NCBI RefSeq assembly: GCF_036321535.1
Contig: NC_087447.1
Location: 5,766,001-5,830,000, forward strand
DNA from: Camelus dromedarius
Lineage: Eukaryota
Direction of reading: 5' to 3'
Length of the DNA: 64,000 nt
The notes beneath the pieces were generated by a model, which had not been told where the DNA came from, ran no database searches, and saw nothing but the letters and a program-made list of their open reading frames with translations. Made by a program: the position numbers and the translations under genes. The stretch's first letter is position 1, and each line of letters starts with the position of its first letter. Of this stretch, positions 11,680 through 23,389 are shown one piece after another.

Positions 11680-12350
11680 GAGCTGGCCTGTGCACACATG
11701 AGCATGTATGAATCTATGTCTATGCATATGTTTATAACTACACCAGCAATAGCATGCTGTCCCATTTTGCCCTTTATTTTTTTGCCTAACTTGCCTCAAG
11801 TTCATCCCGCATCAGTACACACAGAGCTGCCTTATTCTTTTTTGATAGCTATACAGTATCCAACTGTGTGTATTTTAATTTTGTTTAACCACTCCCTTAT
11901 TTGTTGGACATTACAAACAAAAACAATGCTCTAAAAAAAATCCTTGTTCATCTATTTTGCATTTGCAACTATATCTATAGTTTAAATTCCTGAAAGTGGA
12001 ATTATATCTAAGCATAAGCATTTGTAATTTTGATAGATACTACTCATTATCCTCCATAAAGGTGATAACAATTTGCATTATCATCAGCATTGCATGAATA
12101 TCACTTTTTCCCCACCCCCACCAATAGGGTTATCAGATTGTTTCATCTTTACCGTCTAATGGATGAAAAATAGTCTCATTTGAGTTGGGTTCTCATCTCT
12201 TTTATGAATGAAGTTGCATCTTTTATGTTTAAAGCTGTTTGTTTTTTTGTAAACTGTGCAAGCCCTTTGCCTACTTTTCAACTGGTTTTGACTGTTTTGC
12301 TTTCTTTATTTTTCAGAGCTCTTTATATATTCAGAAAATTTAGCTAACAT
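11680..12350 (-). mobile_element. Old L1ME-type fragment
   Basis: T-rich antisense L1 motifs (tcctgaaagtggaatt, ccccaccaatag, ctcatttgagtt). Confidence 0.6.
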
Positions 12351-13074
12351 GTTCATAGTTAACACTTATTAAGTTCTTAAATTGTGCAGAACACTCTCCC
12401 TGCCTGATCTCATAGACTTCTCATAACTGCCTTGTAAAGTATGTATTTTAATCACCATTTTACAGTTGACGAAATGAAGACTCAGGTAAAGTAATTTGCC
12501 CAGGGTCATAAAGGTAGTTAATGGGAGAGTCAGGACCCAAGCCCAGGTCTGTCCGACCCAGAAACCTACACGTGTCTTGGTGTACCAATTCTGTAAGAAG
12601 TGGGAAGAGAGCCCTTAGACCCAGTCTGCCTCACCTGATCCAAAAAATCCCCATTCACCATTTGCTGATAGATAAACACCCACTTTGTTTTGTTCTCCCA
12701 ATAAAACAACACTTCTCAAACTTTTCCACCCAGGTACCCCTTAGAATAGAGGAATGGAAATAAGCGTCTTAGTCAGGTGTGAGGGACTGGGGTGGTGGTG
12801 GGGATTGGGGGAACAACAGGGGAAAGCAGTGCTAGCCTGAGAAATTTATTAAGAGTCGTTTATTTTTTAAATGTATGCAAAATTTGCATTCTACTCTGTT
12901 ATGTGTCCATGTTTGTTTTACTATACAAATGATGCTTACTATTACTTATCTTTGAATTCAATTGGCCCTCCAGGCACATATGCTACAGTTAGCATTTCTA
13001 TTGTGGCTTCTCTCCCGGCCTAACTGCTTCACCCTCTTCGAAGTTACACATGACCCAGGTGAGAGACACTACAG

Positions 13075-13282
13075 CAGGGGTCGCAAACTTCTTTAAAGAG
13101 CCAGAGAGTACTAAATATTTTAGGCTTTGTGAGCGATATGATTTCTGTCGCAAGGCTCCACTTTGCTTTTGTTGTATGAAAGCAATTATAAATAAATATA
13201 AGTAAATAGGCAGGGCTGTGTTCCAATAAAACTTTATTTATAAAAATAGGTGGCTGCTGGAGGCTATAGTTTGCTAATGGAA
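13075..13282. mobile_element. MER58A-like hAT-Charlie MITE
   Basis: caggggtcgcaaac...ggctgtgttccaataaaactttattta...tagtttgc. Confidence 0.85.
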
Positions 13283-13348
13283 GTGTTTTGGCATCAGCCC
13301 CTCTAAAAAGCAAACACACGCAGGAGAAGGAAGCTGTGAAGCTTAGTG

Positions 13349-13602
13349 CAGCATTTCCCAAAGTGTGTGCCTAGTAATTAATCCCAGGTGATAGTCCTGG
13401 AAAAAGGGTCCATGGTCAAATAACTTTGGGGAACATTACGTACTATGATCCTGAATTCCCTCAGGGATTCACAGTACATATTAGCATACTGAAAGCTCTG
13501 ATAGGTCTTACAAGACACAAACCAGTTTAACTTTGACCAAAGAACCCTTTTATTCCTTCATATCCATTATGGTTATTGGGAAATAAACTTTGGGAAATAT
13601 TA
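13349..13602. mobile_element. hAT-Charlie-like MITE
   Basis: Terminal inverted repeats cagcatttcccaaa / tttgggaaatatta. Confidence 0.6.
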
Positions 13603-14650
13603 CTTCATGTGAATTCATCCTCTGGAATCACCACTGACAATTCTGGGTGGGGTTAGTGCACAGAAGTAGGGCAGGGAGGGTACAGTCTTAGACATACAGG
13701 CACAGCTGTGGCATCTGGGCCTCGAGTAGCATGAAAAGGCATCATCAAGCCTGGAACAGGCTCTAGAAGGGAGGACACAGGAGATGCGGAGCCTCCTAGG
13801 CCTGCTTCAAGACACTTCCTCAGCAGGTCCTGGCCTTTCAGCCTGGTGTTTGGATGTGGAAATCTAAAGGCCTAGGACTAACTTTGCCAAAGTCCCAGAC
13901 TTAAACCCATTGCTGTGCAATTCCCCACTGCTGATCCTATTTATGGATTTGGTGAATGTAATAATAATAATGCTAACTAATGTTCATCCATGCTCTGCTG
14001 ATGACAAAGTGCTTTTCACAGTCATTCAGCTGAGACTCAGTTGAATGTAACTTGCCTCTGAACTGGTGGAGTCATGACTTAAACCCAGATCTGGGAACTT
14101 TAAGTCCTTTACCCTGAGGGTCTGGCTGCAGTGGAGGCCCCTGCTCTGAGCCAGGCCTCCATACAGCTAGAAGTCCCTGGTCCCACCCCAGCAAAAGTTG
14201 TGTTGAGAATCAACTGTTCGCCAAGTGCCATGCTCAGGTGCTTTAAGGATATTATTTCATTTAATCCTCCCGACAATCTTGCAAAGAAAGAGAAGGCACT
14301 GTTACCTCCCCTGGGGAAACTGGACTCTAGGATAACTGGACGAAAATCAAGTCTCTAAATTACAAAGGATTTTTGTGGAAGTTTTAGTTTAGTGCTTGCC
14401 CTAGATCTGGAGGCCATCAGACAAATAACTTTACTTCCAGGCTGTGATGTGCTGCAGCCTTTCTGCATAAAAATTCAGCCCCTAAAAGCCCAATATCTTC
14501 TCTATTTGCTATCGCATCAAAGGGATGGCTCATTCATTTGCACATTTAAATATATATTTATTAGTTATTTAAATTAACACTAATCCCATTATATTTTTAC
14601 AGAGATCATGTATTTTACAAAAAATAATTTTTTAAAAAAAAGGAGTGAAA

Positions 14651-14796
14651 GGGGAGAGGGTATAGCTTAAGTGGTAGAGCACATGCTTAGCATACACAAG
14701 GTCCTGGGTTCAGTTCCCAGTACCTCCCCTAAAAATAAATAAATAAGTAAAACCTAATTACCTCCCCAAAAAAAATTTAAAAAAAATTTTTTTAAA
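14651..14796 (+). mobile_element. Camelid tRNA-derived SINE
   Basis: GGGGAGAGGGTATAGCTTAAGTGG head, cctaattacctcccc and poly-A tail. Confidence 0.9.
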
Positions 14797-17170
14797 GAAG
14801 TGATGAGTGGCTATTTTACTCTTTAGCAAATCTCCTTAATGGGAGACAACTGGATTTTCATTTATGTTTCTGCTGTATCTGTTGCAATATCACACGGCAT
14901 GCAGCCTCTGGAAAACACTCTCCTCTGGAGACAGTGAGGGCAGAAAAGGCAAATAACGTGTCAGCAGTATTAGACATCATGAAACCCCAGAAACAGTCTG
15001 GAGGATTCTGTCTGTATTTTTTTTTTAGTAGAGGAAGGGGCAGAGATGGGGGCAAAGGCAGTAGTAAGGATGGTGGTGGGGACAGTGAGACATGAGTCAG
15101 GGGAGTGGGCCATTCCTGGGGCAGGGGCAGAAAAAGTGGGGGAAGGGTTTGGTTGACCAGCTTGTTTGCTTATAAGATGTTGAAGGCAAAGCCAGAAGTA
15201 AAACTACAACGTAAAAAAAAAAATCAGTAATTCCACAAATTGGTCATCTAGCTGCTAGACAAGCAGATTGACTTTTGGTGACCTGGACACTGCGAAGCTG
15301 AGACCCGCAGAGCTTAAGCCAAGTGCCAATGGCTCACAGGTGCAGGTAGGGACCAGACTTGGGCCCAGGTGCTCCTGAATCCACTAAGACTATAGTCCCA
15401 CCCCTCTTGGTCTTGGGGTTTCAGTGTTTGGCACACCTCTTCCTTGCAATGTTTTTTACCAAACACTTTTCTCTATATTGACTCACTTTTAAAACTTCTT
15501 TTAAAAGGAATTTTAATCTTACTTGTTAATACTATATAGTGATTATTAAGTGCCAGGCCCCATTCTGAACACTTTTCCTGCAGTGATTCATTTAGTTCTC
15601 ATGGCAATGCAGTGAGGTACGTATGGCTGTGATTTCAAGGTCCAAATGAGGAAACAGAGGCACAGAGTGGTTATGGAACTTGCCCAAGGTCACACAGCCA
15701 GGAACATGGCAGAGGTCTGACTCCAAGGATATATTCTTAACCACTCCACAGTTTCACAAAATTATCAAAAACAAGTCTGCCCAGTTGAAGCCCAGGGGAA
15801 GAAGCTGAATATGGTCAAATGTTGAGCTTTCACTATTGCCTGTACCCTGAGGAAATCAGCTTTCTGCCCGCCAACTGGATCCCCAGCAGTGACTCCAAGG
15901 CCCACATCATTCTTCTTTCAGGCCACAGAGCACGTTCATGGAACTCCTCCCAAGTTCCAGGCGCTGCTTGGGGCCCAGTGGGGGTGCAGAGCCAGAGGAA
16001 ACCAGAGAGAACTAGACCCTGTCACTGAGGAGTTTAAGGTTTAGTAGAAAAGATAATGTCACCACTATGGCAAGTGAAGTAAAGGCTACAGTGGGAGCTC
16101 ACAAAAAGGACATTCAACTGGGGGGTTGGTAGGGGAAGGGTGATGAGGGAGAGCTTCCCAGAGGGGGCCACACTTAAGCAGCATCTGGATTCTAGAAGAC
16201 TGAGTGGGAGTTATCAGGCACATGGTGGCAGAGAAGAGGAGGTTTCTAAGCCCCACACAAGCAGGAGTATGGAAGAGGAGCATAGCATATGTGGGACAAC
16301 TACAAGCACTTTGGCATAACCAGCCTTAAAGTGCCTGGAAGGGAGTGAGGCTGGAGGGGGAGGCAGGCCCAGGTCAAGTATGGGCTTTGTACTGTAGGTG
16401 GTGGGAAGCCATGTATTCATCAGCAAATACCCGCTGAGCACCTGCTCTGGGCCAGGGGCTGGTCTAGGTGCCGAGGATGCCACATTGAACAGTATAGACA
16501 AGGATCCTTCACGTTCCGCTGGGAGAGGACACCGCAGTCATGCAGGTAAAACAAATGGTATGAGAAATGATGACAAATGATCTGGAGGAAAAAAGCCAAA
16601 ACAGAAAGAAAATTCAGAGATTAGCAATTTAAAATAGGGGATCAGAGGATGGAGTATTTGAGCAAAGACTGGGAGGAGTGGAAAGAGAGCTGTGTGATAT
16701 CTGGGGAAAGAATATTCTAGACAGAGCTAATGTAAGTACAAAAGCCCTGAGATGGATGTGTGCCTGGTGGGTCTGTGGAGGCCAGTATGGCTGGAGTGGC
16801 AGTTGGGGATAGCTTGGGAACTGGGTCAGAGAAATAATGGGGTTTGGACAGGCTGTAGTCAGAAGAGTGACATTTGGCTGCATGGTGGGTGAGGGTTAGG
16901 AGGCTGCCAGTTTGGAGACGGACAGACCAGGGTGGAGGCTGCTTCAGGGGGAAAATGAGCAGAGACGAACTTTTATAAGACCAACTTGGCAGCATTTTGG
17001 CGATGACTGGATGTGGGGAATGAGGGCAGAAAGCCAAGGACACCTCCTGGGCGTCCAGCATGGGCCTCTGGTGAAGCCTTTCATGGAATGGGAGGATGGA
17101 GGATTTGGTAGGATGGAGGTGGGGGAAGACGATGAGTTCAGCCCCCAAAAGGTTAACTTTGTATTTACAC

Positions 17171-17915
17171 TTTTTTTTTAAATTAAAGTATAGTCAGTTA
17201 CAACATGTCAGTTTCTGGTGTACAGCACAGTGTCCCAGTTATGCATATATATACACATATATTCATTTTCATATTGAATTCATATTGAAGATATTGAATA
17301 TAGTTCCCTGTGCTATACAGAAGAAATTTGTTGTTTATCTATTTTTATATATAGTGGTTAACCTTTGCAAATCTCACTCCTAAATTTATCCCTTCACACC
17401 CCCTTTCCACTGATAACTGTTTACTATGTCTGCAAGTCTGTTTCTGTTTTGTAGATGAGTTCATATGTCCTCTTTTTTCTTTTCTTTTTTTTAGATTCCA
17501 CATATGAGTGATATCTNNNNNNNNNNNNNNNNNNNNNNNNNNNNNNNNNNNNNNNNNNNNNNNNNNNNNNNNNNNNNNNNNNNNNNNNNNNNNNNNNNNN
17601 NNNNNNNNNNNNNNNNNNNNNNNNNNNNNNNNNNNNNNNNNNNNNNNNNNNNNNNNNNNNNNNNNNCCTCTGTCAATGGACATTTAGGTCGCTTCCATGT
17701 CTTGGCTATTATATATAATGCTGCTATGAACATTGGGGTGCATGTATCTTTNNNNNNNNNNNNNNNNNNNNNNNNNNNNNNNNNNNNNNNNNNNNNNNNN
17801 NNNNNNNNNNNNNNNNNNNNNNNNNNNNNNNNNNNNNNNNNNNNNNNNNNNNNNNNNNNNNNNNNNNNNNNNNNNNNNNNNNNNNNNNNNNNNNNNNNNN
17901 NNNNNNNNNNNNNNN
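17171..17915 (-). mobile_element. Lineage-specific L1 3' end
   Basis: ORF2 C-terminus MFIAALYIIAKTWKRPKCP...ISLICGI*, then 3'UTR and poly-T. Confidence 0.9.
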
Positions 17916-18198
17916 ACTTTGATATGCCTGCAGGGAATCCAAGTGGAGTCCAGAGGCAAACAGTTTTTCTTAGACTGACAGAAATTTTGCTAAAGATAGG
18001 AATCCTCTTTGAACAGCATACTAATACAGTTATGTCTTGTGTAGCTGCACAGATATCACAAATCTGTAGTTTTCTAGGTCAGTCTGGGGCCTAAAAATAT
18101 GTAAAAGATTTATTTGTTTAAAATGTTACCAAAACATCACTGAAAAACAAGTTAATTACAAAGTGCAAAGTTCACCTAATACCACTGAGTTAGGCCTT

Positions 18199-18310
18199 GC
18201 TGTGGACTAAATGTTTGTGTCCCCCCAGAACTCACATGAGACGGTGTTTGGAGGTATGTCCTTTGGGAGGTAATTAGGGTTAGAGGAGACCACGAGAGTA
18301 TAGGTTCTGT
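18199..18310 (+). mobile_element. MaLR LTR 5' fragment
   Basis: tgctgtggactaaatgtttgtgtcccccca...gggaggtaattagg. Confidence 0.6.
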
Positions 18311-18611
18311 CCAAGCCCAGCCAAGCCCTCCAGGCTTTCTGAGCCTCATCTCATCCCTGAGAGATGTTGACATGCTCGCTCCACAGATGAATAAATTGTC
18401 ACAGAAGCAGAGCAACATGCTGAAGGTCTTATAGTTAATAAGTGATAGATTAAAATGTAGAACTTGTCCTTCCATGGACACCATCAAGAAACTGAAAGCC
18501 ATCCCACAGGATGGGAAGAAAGATTTACAAATTATATATCTGATAAGGGAATTGTATCTAGAATATATATATTTTTAAAAATACAGCTCAATAATAAAAA
18601 GACAACTCAAC

Positions 18612-18733
18612 TTGGCGGGAAGGGGAGATAATTAGATTTATTTACTTATTTATTTTAATGGAGGCATGGGGGATTGAACCCAGGACCTCATGCATGCTAC
18701 GCATGCACTTTACCACTGAGCTATACCCTCCCC
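18612..18733 (-). mobile_element. Camelid tRNA-derived SINE nested in old L1
   Basis: Reverse-complement match to the same family. Confidence 0.88.
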
Positions 18734-19524
18734 ACCAATTTTTAAATAAGCAAAGNNNNNNNNNNNNNNNNNNNNNNNNNNNNNNNNNNNNNNNNNNNNN
18801 NNNNNNNNNNNNNNNNNNNNNNNNNNNNNNNNNNNNNNNNNNNNNNNNNNNNNNNNNNNNNNNNNNNNNNNNNNNNNNNNNNNNNNNNNNNNNGTAACAT
18901 GTTGGCAAAGACGTGGAGAAACTGGAACCCTCATACACCACTGGTGGGGATGGAAAGTGGTACAGCTGTCTTGGAAAACAATCTGGCATTTCCTCAAAGA
19001 GTTCAATGTGGAGTTACTGTGTAACCCAGCAGTTCCANNNNNNNNNNNNNNNNNNNNNNNNNNNNNNNNNNNNNNNNNNNNNNNNNNNNNNNNNNNNNNN
19101 NNNNNNNNNNNNNNNNNNNNNNNNNNNNNNNNNNNNNNNNNNNNNNNNNNNNNNNNNNNNNNNNNNNNNNNNNNNNNNNNNNNNNNTATCTCCATATAAT
19201 GGACCATTATTCAGCAGAAAAAAAAAGGAATGAAACACTGATACATACTATATATAACATGAATGAACCTTGGAAAATTACACTAAGTAAAAGAAGCCAG
19301 ACACAAAAGACCACATATTATATGATTGCATTTATATGAAATATCCAGAGAGAGAAAAAGTAGATGAGTAGTTGCCAGTGGCTGGGAGGGGATGAGGAAA
19401 ATGGGGAATGACTGCTAATGAGTATGGGGTCTATTTTGGAGGTGATGAAAATGTTCTGAATTGATTGTGGTGATTATTGTACAGCTCTGAGAGTTTACCA
19501 AAAACCATTGGATTACACACGTTA

Positions 19525-19653
19525 GATATGCTTTTTAAAAACATTTTTTTGGAGAGACAGGTAATTAGGGTTTTATTTACTTATTTATTTTTTAATGGAG
19601 GTACTGGGGATTGAGTTAAGCATGCGTTCTACTGCTGAGCTATACCCTCCCCC
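19525..19653 (-). mobile_element. Camelid tRNA-derived SINE with internal deletion, nested in L1 3' end
   Basis: About 20 nt missing between anticodon arm and B box. Confidence 0.85.
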
Positions 19654-21741
19654 TTTGAATTACACACTTTAAATGGACGACTTGTATATGAATTACAGCT
19701 CAAAAAAAGTGGTACATAAAAAAATGAGTGGTAGAGACTGGGTGACTCCAGAGCCTGCGTCCTTCTGCTACAATGGGGGAGGGGAGAACAAGACACCAGA
19801 GGGTCCTTTTTGATGTTGGTGCCACCTTACATCTGCCAGAGAGCCCCCACTGCCCACTGCCCCACCACCATTAAAGTCTTCTGTCCTCCAGGCTCCTAAC
19901 TGGTGTCAGCTCTTAACCCTGGACTCAGCCAAGAGCCCAGAGCACTGGCCTGGGGGTGGCGAAAAAAGAAAAACCAACCATATTAAGCACCTACTATGTG
20001 CTGGACAAGTCAGCATGCCAGATAGGTGGTTTTCTACAACCCTTGCATTTAATGCTCACAGGGAGCCCTGAATCTAAGGGTTCATCCTCTTTTCAGTGGA
20101 CAAACCTGCCTTGAAGACAGATGACCCAAACCTTATTTCTAGGTCCACTATTTAGGGCCTTGGGCAAATCTGCTCACTTGGTTTATATCTATCAACTGAG
20201 GTGGGGAGGTGGGGTGCCGTGGGTCATCTCAAAGCTCTCCGTAAACAATTCAATAGAAGCTACTCACAAAAGTCTGAAGGATTCATGATATGTCGTTATT
20301 ATTATTATTATAACAATAAATATATTTTAAAGCTTTTACTACTTGCCAGGCTCTGTTCTGAGGGCATTTCGGGCATTAACTCCTTTATTCTTCACAACAA
20401 CCAGTGTAAGCACCAACATTAACCGCTGTTTTATAGATGAGGCGATGAGGTCCCCGATTCCAGTGTCAATGGCATGTTGACAGCGTGGTGCCGGGGAAAG
20501 AACACAGGCTTTGGGGGACATTCTCCATAGACCATAGACAACTATCCCGCAGCGTCTCAGAGGCCACCAGGAAGTAGGCTCTGTTGACTAAGGAGTTCTC
20601 TGGGAAGCACAGGATTGGCTCAGGTGTTACTTGGAAATCTGTCCATCTATAGAGAGACACCTGCTGAGGACCAAGATGTGGCCCCTTGGAAAACAGACTG
20701 CTGCCTGGAGTCTGGAAACAGCCTGGGGGATGGGGCAGGGAGGAGCCCGGCAGGAGCATCCCAGGAAAGGGTGAGGAGGCTGGCACTGAGGCACGTCTTG
20801 GGCATACAAGGGAACCCAGCCCCCGAGGCTCTGGACCAGAATGGGGATGGGTTTCCTCTGGGCTGCGATCCCAGCACCTGGGGGCCAGGTGAGGGGGCCT
20901 TGCCAGCTGCTGACTCTCCGACCACCATCACTCACGGGTCTGTATTCCTCTATGCCAGGAGGGTCTGTGTGCCACCTCACCCCACACAACCTTTGGATGC
21001 TTGCAACTTGGCCTATGACTGCTTCCTGCCAGACCGCAGGTCACTGGGTTTCCTTGAACAAACTGATCTCTTGCAATTCTTGCATCACAGGCTCCCACCC
21101 TTCTTCCCTACCCCCACCCTGTGAATGATGGTATCAGCCTTAGCTTGGATCTAGTTTCAGGTGTTAAATCACTAAACCTCATTGGACCAAACTCCCCAAA
21201 ATAACCACTTGCTGGAAGGTTAAGGCAGAAATTTAAGTGGGTTCCCCTGAAGGAGTTCTGAAATGCCATCCTCTCCTACTTCAAGGCCTGAAGGCCCCAG
21301 ATCACCTAGAGATGACCTTTCTAAATTAAAAGAGTTCCTGTGAAGGGTGTAGCCCAGGGCATGGAATGAGTCCCAGCTATGCATTATTATTATAGTGGCT
21401 GTTATCCAATGGCTCCTCTAAGTTATGCAACTGTGAGGTGAGTTGAGGGTCATTCTGGGATTAGGGTGTAACAAGAATCTTCTGGGGCTCTCTGAAGGCG
21501 CTGCAGCCTGAGATCTTGGCCAGAAAGCAGTGAGGATATGGATCAATTTATGCATGAAGCTCTAGATTGCTTGGGGGTGGAGGTACAGAAGATTGGTACC
21601 CTAACCCTAGGCCTAATGATTCAGCCAGGGAGACCTGGAGGTGGCCCAGAGCTGCTCACTCAAGGCCAAGAGACAGCCCCTGAGATAAATTCACCTCCAG
21701 GAAAGGAGTCTGGGCTCAAGACCTGGGTCCCAGATTCTCTA

Positions 21742-21774
21742 CCATCCATCCATGCATCCATCCATCCATCCATC
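21742..21774. repeat. (TCCA)n microsatellite
   Basis: ccatccatccatgcatccatccatccatccatc. Confidence 0.85.
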
Positions 21775-22195
21775 TTTCCATGCAGTCAGTCATTGAAGAA
21801 ATATTAGAGCAAGCCCACTATTGGCCAAAGAAGGGTCTTTTTTTCACCCTTGTTAGTCTTAGTCTGTCAAACTTTTGGGGTCCCCACCCTACATTTTATC
21901 ACAGATGATCAAATGCACCTATGTCCCGCACTAAATCATATTTTGCTGTAAATTTTTTGAAAGGAATTTTATAATTTTGCTCTTGAAATTATCCAACTTC
22001 ATGTAACTTGTTTCAATTATAATTTGCTGTGATGTTTTTAAGCAATCATCCTGTATCATCCAGATGGTTTGGGGTTGAGAAATTCTAACTCATAAATCCT
22101 TTTCAGTTGTACCACAATTTTTATAAATGTTAAGTTTAACAATAAAGTCCATGAAATGACTTTATTTTATAGGCGTTTAATTAAATATATAGTAT

Positions 22196-22340
22196 TTTTT
22201 TCTAGTTTTGTTTTTTTTGGGGGGGGGGTAATTAGATTTATTTATTAAATTATTTTTTAAGTGGAGATACTGGGAATTGAACCCAAGACCTCATGCATGC
22301 TAAGCATGCATTCTACCACTTGAGCTATACCTTCTCCCCC
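22196..22340 (-). mobile_element. Camelid tRNA-derived SINE
   Basis: Reverse-complement match to the same family. Confidence 0.88.
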
Positions 22341-22898
22341 TATAGCAATTTTTTTTTTTAATTTTGGCTGCAATAAAAATTTTTTTCTAGGCTCTAACAT
22401 TTTTACAGTCCTTGGAAAGCTCAGAGGCCTTTGGTGTCTGAGGGAGAAAATGGCCCTGAAGGTCAGGCATATCAAGGATAGAAACAGAAAGGGATAAGAC
22501 AGTCAAGGCCCCTGCTCTCAGATGTTTACAGTCCAGTGGGAACAATCAAATAACGACATGGTATGATGAGTGCTGAAAGATCTAGTGTTCTGAGATAGAA
22601 GGAGGGGGCGCCTTTAGATGAAGTGGTCCTTACTTTGGAGACATAGCATTTAGGCTGAGACTGGAGAGCTGGGAAGGAACCTGACCCGTACAGAGCAGTG
22701 GGAGTCTCTCCAGGCAGAAAGAACAGCCAGCGCAAAGGCCCTAAAACAGGAAAGCGCTAGCTTGTGGACAGGAAGAGGGTCACTGTGGCGGCGGCTTAGT
22801 GAGTAGCAGCGAAAGAACATGAGACGAGTTCAGACAGGAGGGCAGGGACTGGGGATGCCCAGCGTACAGGCCATGGTACTGAGTTTGGACTTCATTCT

Positions 22899-23389
22899 TT
22901 TTTTTTTCTTTATATATATATATATTTTTTTTTTAATTGAAGTATAGTCAGTTTACAATGTTGTGTCAATTCCTGGTGCACAGCACAATACTTCAGTCAT
23001 ACATGAACATATATATATTCGTTTTCCTATTCTTTTTCAGCATAAGTTACTACAAGATATTGAATATAGTTCCCTGTGCTATACAGTATAAACTTGTTTA
23101 TCTATCTTATATATATTAGTTAGAATCCACAAATCTCATATTCCCAATTTATCCCTTCCCACCCCCTTGCCCCATTGGTAACCATAAGTTTTTTTTCTAT
23201 GTCTGTGAGTCTGTTTCTGTTTTGTAAATAAGTTTGTTTGTCTTTTTTTTTTTTTTAAGATTCCACGTATAAGTGATACCATATGGTATTTTTCTTTCTC
23301 TTTCTGGCTTCACTTAGAATTAGGATCTCCAGGTCCATCCATGTTGATGCAAATGGCATTATGTTATTATTTTTTGTGGCTGAGTAGTA
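22899..23389 (-). mobile_element. Lineage-specific 5'-truncated L1 inserted in L2
   Basis: MPFASTWMDLEILILSE; ~15-bp TSD tttgg..ttcattct at 22884-22898 and 23390-23404. Confidence 0.9.

Larger units (their letters stand above)
18490..19710 (+). mobile_element. Old L1M 3' region with two nested SINEs
   Basis: Degenerate ORF2 motifs (EKLEPSYT) and 3'UTR. Confidence 0.8.
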
